Virus record (IMG/VR): IMGVR_UViG_3300045988_105143 | Span: 722 to 64,721 of that record | DNA length: 64,000 bases | Strand: one strand, 5' to 3' | From: a virus | Shown: positions 36,309 to 45,454 of the stretch, in pieces | Layout: each line of letters opens with the position of its first letter | Position numbering within the stretch: the stretch's first letter is position 1 | Translations under genes and position numbers: made by a program | Notes under the pieces: generated by a model | The model's input: only the letters and a program-made list of their open reading frames with translations | Database searches by the model: none | What the model was told of the DNA's origin: nothing

Positions 36309-37172
36309 ATGAAATTTTTAGGTTTGAAATTAGCTGGGCTGGGTGTCTTAGTCCTGTTAGCATTTGCCCTTATCTATAATACTACGTATATGATTTCTGC
36401 TGGTCATGCTGGTGTAGTATTTAACAAAATGGACGGTGGTATTCAACAAGAAACACTTGACCAAGGTTGGCATGTAGTGGCTCCGTGGAAACGTGTTACA
36501 GAATACCCTGTTAGCACAGAGTTAGCATACTACATTGACGGTAATCACGAAGACCGTAAAGACGTAGACGATAGTATCGTTATTGGTACAAAGGACGGTA
36601 AAACAATTAAGGTGGATGCACAAGTTACATATCATATGAATCAAGATTCTTTGCCTCATATCTACAATAAATTTAAAGGTCAAGACGATAGTATTATTGA
36701 ATACGGCTACATGAAACAAAACTTCCAACGTATCGCTAATGATATTTCTTCTCATTATTCTATGATGGATATTGTAGGCGAAAAGAAAGAAGCTTTTAAC
36801 CAAGAATTACTTAAAGAAGTATCCGAATTCTTCGACCAAGATGGTATTATCATCGAGCAAGCTTCACTTGGTAAAGTAGAGCCAGACAATGCGACTAAAG
36901 AAGCTATCCAAGCGGTAGCAAATGCTCAATATAAACAACGTCAAGCAGAATATGAAAAGATTGCCGCTGAAGCTGAAGCTAAGAAAAAAGTGGCAGTCGC
37001 TGAGGGTGATGCACAAGCCAAACGTATCCAAGCAGATGCTGAAGCATACTATAATGCACAAGTGGCTTCTAGCTTAACTCAAGAAATGGTACAACTTAAA
37101 CAAGTTGAAAAATGGGATGGCAAATTGCCTACATATTCTGGTATTGCTAGTGGTTTGTTTAATTTTAAATAG
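36309..37172 (+). CDS. SPFH/Band-7 (prohibitin/HflC-like) membrane protein
   Basis: N-terminal transmembrane helix, then ISAGHAGVVFNKMDGGIQQETLDQGWHVVAPW...VIGTKDGKTIKVDAQVTYH (SPFH core). Ala/Glu/Lys coiled-coil tail. Confidence 0.8.
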   Translation: MKFLGLKLAGLGVLVLLAFALIYNTTYMISAGHAGVVFNKMDGGIQQETLDQGWHVVAPWKRVTEYPVSTELAYYIDGNHEDRKDVDDSIVIGTKDGKTIKVDAQVTYHMNQDSLPHIYNKFKGQDDSIIEYGYMKQNFQRIANDISSHYSMMDIVGEKKEAFNQELLKEVSEFFDQDGIIIEQASLGKVEPDNATKEAIQAVANAQYKQRQAEYEKIAAEAEAKKKVAVAEGDAQAKRIQADAEAYYNAQVASSLTQEMVQLKQVEKWDGKLPTYSGIASGLFNFK

Positions 37173-37182
37173 GGGGTAAAGT

Positions 37183-37653
37183 ATGGAAGATTATCTAGTG
37201 CCTTATACTCCATATAGAAGTTTTGATGTGGTATCTCTATATAAGGGGACAGACATTAAAATTCCACAACGTAGTACGCAACAAAGTGCTGGCTATGATT
37301 TAGAGTCAGCTGAAACTGTGGTGATTGGGGCAGGTGAAACTGTCCTAGTCCCTACTGGATTAAAGGGGCTCTTCCCACCAGATGAATTTATGGCTATATA
37401 TCCACGCTCGTCTTTAGCTGGTAAATATGGTATCACATTAGCTAATTGTGTTGGTATTGTAGATAGTGACTATGCTAATAACCCAGACAATGAAGGTCAT
37501 ATCCAAGTATTATTAAAAAATACTACAGATAGTGATTATGTTGTTAAAAAGGGAGATAGAATAGCACAGGCAATCTTCCAGCCATATATGATTACTGACC
37601 ATGATAGACCTCGTGGTACTCGTACTGGTGGGTTCGGCAGTACAGGTGAATAA
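37183..37653 (+). CDS. dut: dUTP diphosphatase (trimeric)
   Basis: Motifs SAGYDL, GIVDSDY and RTGGFGSTG. Confidence 0.9.
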   Translation: MEDYLVPYTPYRSFDVVSLYKGTDIKIPQRSTQQSAGYDLESAETVVIGAGETVLVPTGLKGLFPPDEFMAIYPRSSLAGKYGITLANCVGIVDSDYANNPDNEGHIQVLLKNTTDSDYVVKKGDRIAQAIFQPYMITDHDRPRGTRTGGFGSTGE

Positions 37654-37654
37654 A

Positions 37655-38164
37655 ATGGAGGCACTAAATAAGATAACTGAAATGTTAGAAAGGGAAACAG
37701 TACAAGAGCACACTCATTTAGCTGGTATTCTAGTACAGTTACGCACTGTTGGATACACGCATGTAGAATATACAGGCAATAATTATTTGGTATTTACTGG
37801 TCCTCATGTGCAAAGGTTCAAAGCAGAATTACCACGGATTATTAGTGCGAACTTAGCTTCTATTTTTGGTAGAGGTCCTAGAAATATTGATGACTTATTA
37901 GTCTTCAAGTATTTCCAAATCGGTATGAATATCTACCAATCGAATATCGAGCAGAATCACGATAGTGGGTATCTTATTCAACATAAACCGAATATATTAC
38001 GTGCCCGTATTTCTAAACATGGCGGTGAGTATATTGCGACACTGAACGGAGTTATCAAAGTTAATCCAGGTGATTGGATTATTACGGGTGTTAATGGTGA
38101 GCAATACCCTTGTGACCCTGAGATATTCAAAAAATTATATGATGTAGTAGAACAGGAGGTTTAA
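37655..38164 (+). CDS. hypothetical protein with PGDYG-like C-terminal motif
   Basis: ATG 37655 with an AGGTGA ribosome-binding site. C-terminal ...VNPGDWIITGVNGEQYPCDPEIFKKLY. Confidence 0.4.
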   Translation: MEALNKITEMLERETVQEHTHLAGILVQLRTVGYTHVEYTGNNYLVFTGPHVQRFKAELPRIISANLASIFGRGPRNIDDLLVFKYFQIGMNIYQSNIEQNHDSGYLIQHKPNILRARISKHGGEYIATLNGVIKVNPGDWIITGVNGEQYPCDPEIFKKLYDVVEQEV

Positions 38165-38412
38165 TGGTACATTATTTCGTAGTTGACTACGGTAATATAG
38201 GAGACCTCTACAACATCGGTGTATTGGGTGAAGATAAAAACCTAATTAAACAATACTTAATGGAACATTCAAGAAACGTGCGATATTTAAAATCGTGTGA
38301 GAGAAAAAAGAAGACAGGTAAAGATATTGGGGTTGGTATCATTGTTAGTTGTAGATACCTCCCCAAGTGCCCAAAAGGACTAGCACCAGATGAACGAGGT
38401 ACTGTCCTATGA
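38164..38412 (+). CDS. hypothetical protein (82 aa)
   Basis: AGGAGG ribosome-binding site. TAATG coupling. Confidence 0.5.
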   Translation: MVHYFVVDYGNIGDLYNIGVLGEDKNLIKQYLMEHSRNVRYLKSCERKKKTGKDIGVGIIVSCRYLPKCPKGLAPDERGTVL

Positions 38413-38858
38413 AAGAATCAATGATACAAGAAGCCATCACATTATTTGAACATTCTGGTGAAAAGGCTTTAGAAGAAATCAACTTTGCTATGAAGTCATG
38501 GGAATATACGAATTCCGTAAACGAATATAGAAAAGTTGATAAACTTTCTCAATTATTTTTTGAGAAATATGGTAAATCTCCAGAAGAGATTTATATTAAA
38601 AAAGAAGAACAGCTGGTTTTGCTACATTTTGCGATGTGGTTAAAACAGTACTTATCCTCTATGGACCCAGTAAGTTGGGGGATTTGGAGAGATACAATTA
38701 TATACGGTTTGTCTACAAAAGAAATGATGAAAAAATACGGTATTACACGTGACAGTAAATTGTATCAACGTCGTAAGAAAATATTAAAATATATAAAAGC
38801 AGGATTACCGTTATATTATGAGCAGTATTTAAATTTAGAAGAGTATATGAAAGGTTAG
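38409..38858 (+). CDS. possible sigma-70 region-4-like / late transcription regulator
   Basis: C-terminal ...IIYGLSTKEMMKKYGITRDSKLYQRRKKILKYIK resembles a region 4.2 helix-turn-helix (weak). Confidence 0.3.
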   Translation: MKESMIQEAITLFEHSGEKALEEINFAMKSWEYTNSVNEYRKVDKLSQLFFEKYGKSPEEIYIKKEEQLVLLHFAMWLKQYLSSMDPVSWGIWRDTIIYGLSTKEMMKKYGITRDSKLYQRRKKILKYIKAGLPLYYEQYLNLEEYMKG

Positions 38859-38861
38859 GTA

Positions 38862-39665
38862 ATGAAGATTAAATCACTTGAGGATAGTTATAAACCTCAT
38901 ATTATAACGTGTCGTCTAAATACTGATTATGCACAGTTAGCTGTATTATCGGATGTCCATGAAGGGCTAAATAATAGAGCTTATCTCAAACAAACGGTTA
39001 GCAACCTATTAAACTTAGGTCCAAATTGCAAAGTGATTCTAGGTGGAGATAGCACTAATACAACGACCAAACACTCAAAAGGTAGCGTACTAGAGGAATC
39101 CTTAGTTGGAGATGAGCAGGTTTACGCATTGGTAGAAGATATTCAACCATTATATGAGAGCGGTCAATTAATCGGCGTGATTGGTGGTAATCATGGGGCA
39201 AGAGCGTATAACGATGCATATATTAGCGTAGAGCAAATGATCTGTGCTTTATTAGGTGACCGTACCCTATATAAGGGTGAGTTTGGTCTTGTATATTTTA
39301 ACGTAAATAAGAACTGCTATGTACATCATATTCTCCATAAGAATAGACGTACTAAAAACTATTACGACTATTTCAATGCTGATGTTACTTGGTTTGAACA
39401 TTTTCATGAACCTAGTGCTACTCCGAAAATAGCCATTGAACATAATAAGTATTCTAAAAAACCTATTGTTAAAGAGGTTTGGGAATTACGGCAGTCTTCT
39501 TTCCAAACGTATCCTAGCTATATTAAAGCTAGTGGTATTAGACCAAATTTGAGTGGGTTCTGGATTACTGAAATGACAGGAAATGAGAGAAACAGAAAAG
39601 TGACTCCTTTTATTGGGGATACTTATTTTGATTTGAGAGGTAGGGGATTGAATGTTAGTCAATGA
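38862..39665 (+). CDS. calcineurin-like metallophosphoesterase
   Basis: Motifs LSDVHEG, GGDSTN, GGNHG and HFHE in canonical order. Confidence 0.7.
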   Translation: MKIKSLEDSYKPHIITCRLNTDYAQLAVLSDVHEGLNNRAYLKQTVSNLLNLGPNCKVILGGDSTNTTTKHSKGSVLEESLVGDEQVYALVEDIQPLYESGQLIGVIGGNHGARAYNDAYISVEQMICALLGDRTLYKGEFGLVYFNVNKNCYVHHILHKNRRTKNYYDYFNADVTWFEHFHEPSATPKIAIEHNKYSKKPIVKEVWELRQSSFQTYPSYIKASGIRPNLSGFWITEMTGNERNRKVTPFIGDTYFDLRGRGLNVSQ

Positions 39666-39936
39666 TATGTTCCTAGACCTTGGGTTTGGATATAAGGTAG
39701 CGATGAAAGAGATTTTTGCAATCATGCCTATGAATGTATCTAGTTCAAAAGAACTCTTCCGTCGATACTTCCGTGAAGGCAAGGTTCTACGAGCCACCAA
39801 AGGGCGTAAAGCTCGCTCCTATTTATTGCTTAATAATGGAATGGTATTTGCTTCTACTTATACGACTGATGAACTTACAGAACGTGTATGGGAATTAAAG
39901 CGTATAGCAAGGGCTATTGATTATGCCGAGGTATAA
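39652..39936 (+). CDS. RemA/DUF370-like small DNA-binding protein
   Basis: FLDLGFGYKVAMKEIFAIMPMNVSSSKELFRRYFREGKVLRATKGRKARSYLLLNNGMVFAS parallels the Bacillus RemA pattern (...IVAI...S.P.KR......G.LIDAT.GR..RS.I......V.LS). Confidence 0.55.
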   Translation: MLVNDMFLDLGFGYKVAMKEIFAIMPMNVSSSKELFRRYFREGKVLRATKGRKARSYLLLNNGMVFASTYTTDELTERVWELKRIARAIDYAEV

Positions 39937-40360
39937 ACCAGGGAGGAGAAAGGCTCGTCCTTTAACTCATAAACAGCATGTTTATGTACAGACAAAGATA
40001 CTTACAGGCAGTAAAAAGGAGGCTCTAAGAGTGGCAGGTTATCCAAAGGAAGGATACAACGTTGAAGATAGCAAGGCTGTACAAAAAGCATTGGCGGACT
40101 ACAAAGACCGTATGGATAAAAAATTCAGAGACAAAGCTGACAAGGTGGCTAATATCTTATTAGATATTATAGAAAACCCTGATACTCCTGCTAAAACGAA
40201 GGTATCCGCAATTAAAGACTGGCTCGATAGAGCAGGCTTAAAACCTGTTGATAAACAAGAGGTAGAAGAAAAACGTTCTATCGATACATCGAGCCGATTA
40301 AGTAGAGACTTAATCAATAAACTAAATATGCTACCAGAAAAAGAAAAAGGCGAGGTATAA
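39923..40360 (+). CDS. terminase-small-subunit-like HTH protein
   Basis: ...LTHKQHVYVQTKILTGSKKEALRVAGYPKEGYNVEDSKAVQKAL resembles Terminase_2 N-terminal helix-turn-helix domains. The start could be the TTG at 39917. Confidence 0.4.
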   Translation: MPRYKPGRRKARPLTHKQHVYVQTKILTGSKKEALRVAGYPKEGYNVEDSKAVQKALADYKDRMDKKFRDKADKVANILLDIIENPDTPAKTKVSAIKDWLDRAGLKPVDKQEVEEKRSIDTSSRLSRDLINKLNMLPEKEKGEV

Positions 40361-40378
40361 TAACCTCGCCAATTTTTA
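40349..40378. terminator. bidirectional rho-independent terminator at the convergence point
   Basis: GGCGAGGT (40349-56) pairs with ACCTCGCC (40363-70). An A-run lies upstream and a T-run downstream, so a U-tract follows the stem on both strands. Confidence 0.75.
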
Positions 40379-40381
40379 TGT

Positions 40382-40594
40382 TTAATTATTTATATATAGG
40401 TTTTTAATAATATATAGTCTATTTTTATCTGCACGAAAATTAATTAAATGCGTAGTGTATGAGCTTGTCAGTTCTTTAACGTCTGTGGTGTCGTAAAATA
40501 AAACGTGAGTTTTACCATTTAATATCCTATGGGTATTGCAGAACTCATAATAGCTACAGCCTGATTGGTATATATAATTAGTTTTTTTATTCAT
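40382..40594 (-). CDS. small protein, YxIKxxY-family paralog
   Basis: GAGGGA ribosome-binding site. C-terminus ...NRLYIIKNLYINN. Confidence 0.6.
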   Translation of the reverse strand: MNKKTNYIYQSGCSYYEFCNTHRILNGKTHVLFYDTTDVKELTSSYTTHLINFRADKNRLYIIKNLYINN

Positions 40595-40796
40595 ATTGTT
40601 CCCTCACAATGTATAAATTACGACAATACGCTAAATGGTCTCCGTCCCAATATGCTTTTCCTGTATCCAGTTCTTGTTTAAGGAATATACCTTCAAATTC
40701 AACAACATCTGTATGCATTTTTAATGGTAGTGTAGTTGTTGTAATCAAGTTATATGCACTAGGCAATGTATCGATATATTTATATTTCATGTACAT
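40587..40796 (-). CDS. small protein, YxIKxxY-family paralog (variant YIVREQY)
   Basis: AAGGAG ribosome-binding site. C-terminus ...RNLYIVREQYE. Confidence 0.55.
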   Translation of the reverse strand: MYMKYKYIDTLPSAYNLITTTTLPLKMHTDVVEFEGIFLKQELDTGKAYWDGDHLAYCRNLYIVREQYE

Positions 40797-41005
40797 AACT
40801 CCTTATATAATTCCTGTATTGTATATATGTGATATTCACGTGTATGTATTAGATATTTACTACGAATCTGGTGAGTGTGTGAGTTGGAATACCTGTATAA
40901 GTCACACCATTTCATAAAAACACTCTCACCTTCTATTACCATGTCTTTTGCTCTAATTAACCAACAGTCATTTCGATTAAATACGTGATATACTATGTAG
41001 TCCAT
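40787..41005 (-). CDS. small protein, YxIKxxY-family paralog (variant YTIQELY)
   Basis: AAGGTG ribosome-binding site. The N-terminus MDYIVYHVFNRNDCWLI parallels the next paralog. C-terminus ...HIYTIQELYKELCT. Confidence 0.55.
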   Translation of the reverse strand: MDYIVYHVFNRNDCWLIRAKDMVIEGESVFMKWCDLYRYSNSHTHQIRSKYLIHTREYHIYTIQELYKELCT

Positions 41006-41021
41006 TTTTAGGCACCTTTTA

Positions 41022-41249
41022 TCATATCATTCTGTACTTCTTTTTAATTTGGTACATATATTTGAGATTTGTATATATCGTACCAGAGATACCATCATAA
41101 CACGTTGTCGTTCCTTGATAGTTGGACACCATTACATTAGTCAGGTATACCGAGTATTTAGTCCCAAATTTATTAACTTGTATCTTATGATTAGTTTTTA
41201 ATATGTAACAATCATCACGACTAAAGATTTGATACGCAATTATTTCCAT
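41022..41249 (-). CDS. small protein, YxIKxxY-family paralog
   Basis: AAGGTG ribosome-binding site. N-terminus MEIIAYQIFSRDDCYIL. C-terminus ...KYMYQIKKKYRMI. Confidence 0.6.
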   Translation of the reverse strand: MEIIAYQIFSRDDCYILKTNHKIQVNKFGTKYSVYLTNVMVSNYQGTTTCYDGISGTIYTNLKYMYQIKKKYRMI

Positions 41250-41250
41250 G

Positions 41251-41403
41251 TTATATCACCTTATATTTTCGTTTAATTCTATACGTCTTATCTCTATCTG
41301 TTGTAATACGTTTTGATTTTGTTCTTACTGTGAGTCTATTTATTCTGGACGGTTTAAATTGGTACAAATCGCAAAATTGCATAAACACAAATTTTTCATC
41401 CAT
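41251..41403 (-). CDS. small protein (50 aa, below ORF-track cutoff), YxIKxxY-family paralog
   Basis: ORF found by hand. C-terminus ...DKTYRIKRKYKVI. The stop lies 1 nt before the next ATG. No clear ribosome-binding site. Confidence 0.4.
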   Translation of the reverse strand: MDEKFVFMQFCDLYQFKPSRINRLTVRTKSKRITTDRDKTYRIKRKYKVI

Positions 41404-41423
41404 GTCAAAATGATCACATTCAA

Positions 41424-41708
41424 TTATCCAACAATCGGACGTATTAAAACCTCCATATCACCACGTAGATTTATAACACGACCATTGATAATCACTTCAT
41501 CTTTGTAAACTTCTTTAACTTGATAAAGATACGCTGTAGTAAATCTAAGACCACTGAGATAGTGTTCGCTATATCCTGAAATCATGTTAGTATATTTTAT
41601 ACATGAAGGTGCTACCATCTCTAAATTACCAGTATGACATTTAATAAATGCTTGGTCTGTAATGATAAATCCAAACGTATCTCCGTTTGCGTGATGTATA
41701 TATAACAT
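41424..41708 (-). CDS. small protein, YxIKxxY-family paralog with C-terminal extension
   Basis: TAGGAG ribosome-binding site. Internal ...AYLYQVKEVYKDE. Confidence 0.55.
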   Translation of the reverse strand: MLYIHHANGDTFGFIITDQAFIKCHTGNLEMVAPSCIKYTNMISGYSEHYLSGLRFTTAYLYQVKEVYKDEVIINGRVINLRGDMEVLIRPIVG

Positions 41709-41709
41709 T

Positions 41710-42009
41710 TTATTCTCCTATATGTTTTAATATTGTTAATGATTTTTGTTCAGTAAATGAACCGTTATAATATTCTTTAATATCATACAGGTTATTGGAC
41801 ATTTGCGAAAAATTAGACCCTATACTAAGTCTATAGTTAGTACCTACATGAGGGGAATACAAAACTACCATGTGTTCAGCTGTATATTCTAATATTTCTC
41901 CGACGTCTATCCTATGACGGCTTTGTTTTAAGCAATTAATATATAATGCAACTGTGTTAGAACCACCAGGATTTGTTAATAAGAATATAATATCGTTCAT
42001 ATTATTCAC
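41710..42009 (-). CDS. small protein, YxIKxxY-family paralog with C-terminal extension
   Basis: Internal ...NNLYDIKEYYNGS. Confidence 0.55.
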   Translation of the reverse strand: MNNMNDIIFLLTNPGGSNTVALYINCLKQSRHRIDVGEILEYTAEHMVVLYSPHVGTNYRLSIGSNFSQMSNNLYDIKEYYNGSFTEQKSLTILKHIGE

Positions 42010-42409
42010 TCTCTTTCAAAATTTTAGATAGTAACTTTTCATCTAGCACCTTTGGTGTATACGTTCTACCGTTATCCATAATTTCCTTATATTTTATCAT
42101 ATCTTCAATAGCCTTAATAAGTGGATAATCTTCTTTATAGACATTATATACTGGTAAGAATAATTCTTGCATATCTTTATTTCTTCTACGTTCCTTAGAT
42201 ACTTCATACAATACCTTAGCGTAGGTATCACCCTGTTCCTGGTCTCCGTCATAGTGATTCTCTACTAAGTGACGGATGTCAGAAATGGCTTTGTCCATTT
42301 CTCCAACACCTTGATACCACTCCATACGAGCTGAGTAAATATAATTCATTACTTCATAAAAACCTATAATCACATTAAACATTTCTTCTTTAGTAAAAGT
42401 CTTTTCCAT
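42002..42409 (-). CDS. hypothetical protein (135 aa)
   Basis: AAGGA ribosome-binding site. Helical, acidic. Confidence 0.55.
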   Translation of the reverse strand: MEKTFTKEEMFNVIIGFYEVMNYIYSARMEWYQGVGEMDKAISDIRHLVENHYDGDQEQGDTYAKVLYEVSKERRRNKDMQELFLPVYNVYKEDYPLIKAIEDMIKYKEIMDNGRTYTPKVLDEKLLSKILKESE

Positions 42410-42420
42410 AGTTTTATTCC

Positions 42421-42654
42421 TTATTCGTTATTAATAATTTCACCATTAATATTTGCAATTTGTACTATACATTTTTTTGCTAACACGTCCTCAGTAATTT
42501 TTAATATATATGGTCTTTGCCTAATGTCTATATAAGTTTTGACCGCACGTGAACCACATACATACGCAAGTACTACTGGAGGCTCTTTCCTACCAAAATA
42601 TTCTGTTAGTGCTTTATTGGTTATCTCTTCTATTTCTTGTAATGTTTTACCCAT
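42421..42654 (-). CDS. hypothetical protein (77 aa)
   Basis: ATG 42654 preceded by GAGGAGAGG. The longer 42672 start lacks a ribosome-binding site. Confidence 0.55.
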   Translation of the reverse strand: MGKTLQEIEEITNKALTEYFGRKEPPVVLAYVCGSRAVKTYIDIRQRPYILKITEDVLAKKCIVQIANINGEIINNE

Positions 42655-42655
42655 T

Positions 42656-42934
42656 TTACCTCTCCTCACCAAATAATATATATTGTAATTGTCCCCATAA
42701 TACCCTAATATCTTGTGTTTTGTATGGTAGTAGGCTGTTAGTGTCTACTATATCAATAATAGTAAATTTCTTTTTATTCCTCATTAACCATTGTAGATAG
42801 TCCCTTGGTAATTGATATCTCTTTTTAAGACTCATACAGTATTGCTCTGCCACTGCCTCTGCAACATATTCTCCGTAGATATAATACAATACTTTATTAG
42901 TCCCTTTCTTCTTGACGGCTAATTTTTTCTTCAT
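42656..42934 (-). CDS. hypothetical basic protein (92 aa)
   Basis: ORF on the coding strand of the leftward operon. Weak ribosome-binding site. Confidence 0.5.
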   Translation of the reverse strand: MKKKLAVKKKGTNKVLYYIYGEYVAEAVAEQYCMSLKKRYQLPRDYLQWLMRNKKKFTIIDIVDTNSLLPYKTQDIRVLWGQLQYILFGEER

Positions 42935-43000
42935 ATCCTTGAGACAATCATTATAATTATTATCAAATTCTTCACTTAAATATCTGCCAAAAAAATCCCA

Positions 43001-44185
43001 TTATAATATTCCTTCGTCTATAATATAATCAATAACAGCTTTTTTAAAACTAGAAGTATTTAATCTATATTCATCAATACTTCCTTTCCCATATAGATAA
43101 AATATAAACACGTCTTCATTTTGCCCTAGTCTATGTATACGGTCTTGAGCCTGTGCTAGTAAAGCAGGCGACCAAGGGTATTCTATAAATACCGCACATC
43201 TACTAGCGGTAAGTGTTAGACCAACAGCACTAGCTTGTAAGCTACAAATAATGATTTGAGTGTCGTGTAATTGGAAGTTATCAATGTTAACTTGCCTTTG
43301 TATTACTGATTGACCACCAACTACTACACTGGCGTTAGGAAAATGCATATGTAATGCTTTGCCTATACTCTTATGATGTACGAATACAACTACTTTTTCT
43401 TCACGCTCTAATAACTGTTTAATAAAATCGATAGAATAGTTTATTTTTTTATATAACACCGCCTTATCTAATCTTTCAATATCGTGAAAACTTCTAGGTG
43501 CAGGTTGATTATACTCAATAATCGGTATTGGTACTATAGTTTTGTTTGGTAATTTGTTTTCTAAATCTCCTTTCGTGCGTCTAAGCCAGATACTATTCAT
43601 CGTATCGTGTAGTTCCTGGATATTTGAACAGCCACTATAATCAACGCCATACTGGCTATATCTAGGATTACAATACGTATCTAGGAATTTTTCTCTACCA
43701 CCTACCTTGTGTATATTATTGAGAATTTCCATTTGTGTAACAAGTTCACGAGGTCTATTTAACATCGGAGTACCACTAATCAATATCTTATATGGTATTT
43801 TCTTAGACCATTCTAATGCTAGTTGAGTTCGTTTACTTGTTTCATTTTTAAATGCATGACTTTCATCAAGCACTAATTGTTTTATTGGTAAACGCTGGAT
43901 AATAAATTTATACTTATTCATTCTTTCATAGTTCGTAATAATAATATCTTGTGTCAAGTTATCTATCGGTATTCTTCTACCAGTCCACCTCTCAATCTCC
44001 TTGCTCCAGTTTAATTTAAGGGAGCTAGGACAAATTACTAAAATCGGGAATTGATTACGAATAATCATAGCTTCTATCACAGTCCTGGTTTTACCCATTC
44101 CCATGTCATCACAGACAAAAGCTGACGAATTATTTAATATAAAATTTACACCCTCCTTTTGATGGGGTAATAGTGGCGATTTCAT
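43001..44185 (-). CDS. minimal SNF2-family ATPase/helicase (394 aa)
   Basis: Motif I DDMGMGKT, motif II LVLDESHAFKN, motif III SGTPMLNRPRELV, motif VI QAQDRIHRLGQ. Confidence 0.9.
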   Translation of the reverse strand: MKSPLLPHQKEGVNFILNNSSAFVCDDMGMGKTRTVIEAMIIRNQFPILVICPSSLKLNWSKEIERWTGRRIPIDNLTQDIIITNYERMNKYKFIIQRLPIKQLVLDESHAFKNETSKRTQLALEWSKKIPYKILISGTPMLNRPRELVTQMEILNNIHKVGGREKFLDTYCNPRYSQYGVDYSGCSNIQELHDTMNSIWLRRTKGDLENKLPNKTIVPIPIIEYNQPAPRSFHDIERLDKAVLYKKINYSIDFIKQLLEREEKVVVFVHHKSIGKALHMHFPNASVVVGGQSVIQRQVNIDNFQLHDTQIIICSLQASAVGLTLTASRCAVFIEYPWSPALLAQAQDRIHRLGQNEDVFIFYLYGKGSIDEYRLNTSSFKKAVIDYIIDEGIL

Positions 44186-44238
44186 ATATACACCCGCTTT
44201 ACTTTGTAAAAAATTCTTTCATCACCTGGTTCTAATTT

Positions 44239-44457
44239 TCATGCACTCAGTTGTTGAATATAAACATCAGAAAAGCCACTATCACTAATATACAATATCC
44301 CAGTACCATCATTAAAGCTGTCAACATAAGCCCCGTAATAGCCCTTCCCAATATTAATAATAAATTCATCACAAGCCTCCGTCCCCATAAACGCTAATAG
44401 TGTTTGTCTATGTCTATGTTCATGCTCCATGAATAGATGATATAAATCCATATCCAT
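44239..44457 (-). CDS. hypothetical protein (72 aa)
   Basis: GAGGTGG ribosome-binding site. Confidence 0.55.
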   Translation of the reverse strand: MDMDLYHLFMEHEHRHRQTLLAFMGTEACDEFIINIGKGYYGAYVDSFNDGTGILYISDSGFSDVYIQQLSA

Positions 44458-44466
44458 ATTACCACC

Positions 44467-44700
44467 TCATTTGTAGAATTGTTTAATTTTATATACCCTA
44501 GGAATGTCTGCTGTGTATTTGGTAAATATATTGCTATAGAACATACCCGCTCTATGGGTGTTACATATTTCTATATCGCCTGAACCTGGATTCATATAAG
44601 TTATTTTTAATACATAAATTCTATCAGCAGACTGCATATATATAAAGCAATCATTCTCCTTAAAATAATTGTCGTATCTACGTATACTCATTCCACTCAT
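44467..44700 (-). CDS. small protein, YxIKxxY-family paralog
   Basis: AAGAGG ribosome-binding site. C-terminus ...PRVYKIKQFYK. Confidence 0.6.
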   Translation of the reverse strand: MSGMSIRRYDNYFKENDCFIYMQSADRIYVLKITYMNPGSGDIEICNTHRAGMFYSNIFTKYTADIPRVYKIKQFYK

Positions 44701-44930
44701 TTGAATAACCTCTTTATTTCGTATAGTGACTTAAAATCGTGATGGTATTTCCAAAATGCATTACGGTAGTAATTGTCATATATACATATAGAATCAATTT
44801 CCATTACTAAAGAACCAATATTTACATCTAGTACTGTAAATATGCACCTCGCTATATTATTATTTGTGTCATAATATAGTAGCCTATCACCTGATTGAAT
44901 ATTTTTGTCATATAATTTTATGTCATACAT
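44697..44930 (-). CDS. small protein, YxIKxxY-family paralog
   Basis: AAGGAGG ribosome-binding site. C-terminus ...KSLYEIKRLFK. Confidence 0.6.
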   Translation of the reverse strand: MYDIKLYDKNIQSGDRLLYYDTNNNIARCIFTVLDVNIGSLVMEIDSICIYDNYYRNAFWKYHHDFKSLYEIKRLFK

Positions 44931-45153
44931 TATAAGCCTCCTTTATTTTGAATAAATTATAATAATCATCTTGCTCCTTCCAAAAGGTATATTCTATTAC
45001 ACTTGGCGTACCTGATAAAATCAGAACCTTGAGATAGCTATAACTTAGCCTTTTATCTATCACTTTGAGTTTAAAATATTTACCGCTTTGTGATATAAAC
45101 ATATATTCTTTATTTTCTATAAGAGAATTATCATAAAGTCCTATGGATATCAT
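44923..45153 (-). CDS. small protein, YxIKxxY-family paralog
   Basis: C-terminus ...YNLFKIKEAYNV. Confidence 0.6.
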   Translation of the reverse strand: MISIGLYDNSLIENKEYMFISQSGKYFKLKVIDKRLSYSYLKVLILSGTPSVIEYTFWKEQDDYYNLFKIKEAYNV

Positions 45154-45154
45154 G

Positions 45155-45454
45155 TTAATACCTTTCTTTCAATCTAAGCATATTTTTAATATCTATTATG
45201 TTTTTAAAGAAATAGTCGCGAGAATGTCTGTGATATAATGGATAATGCTCGATACGCATAGCTCGTTCGAGATTATTTATTTCAGTTATCACAAAACTTT
45301 TCCAACCAACATCTGAATCCCATAATATAATATCACCATTTTTGAATAGTTTGTTATAGATATCTCTTTCCTTGTCCTTGTTTAACAGCCCTATATCTAT
45401 GAAGTCTGGGTATGAATATTGAAGTTTTTTCCAACTTTTAAATATCTCACTCAT
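45155..45454 (-). CDS. small protein, distant YxIKxxY-family member
   Basis: C-terminus ...IIDIKNMLRLKERY (degenerate motif). Confidence 0.5.
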   Translation of the reverse strand: MSEIFKSWKKLQYSYPDFIDIGLLNKDKERDIYNKLFKNGDIILWDSDVGWKSFVITEINNLERAMRIEHYPLYHRHSRDYFFKNIIDIKNMLRLKERY

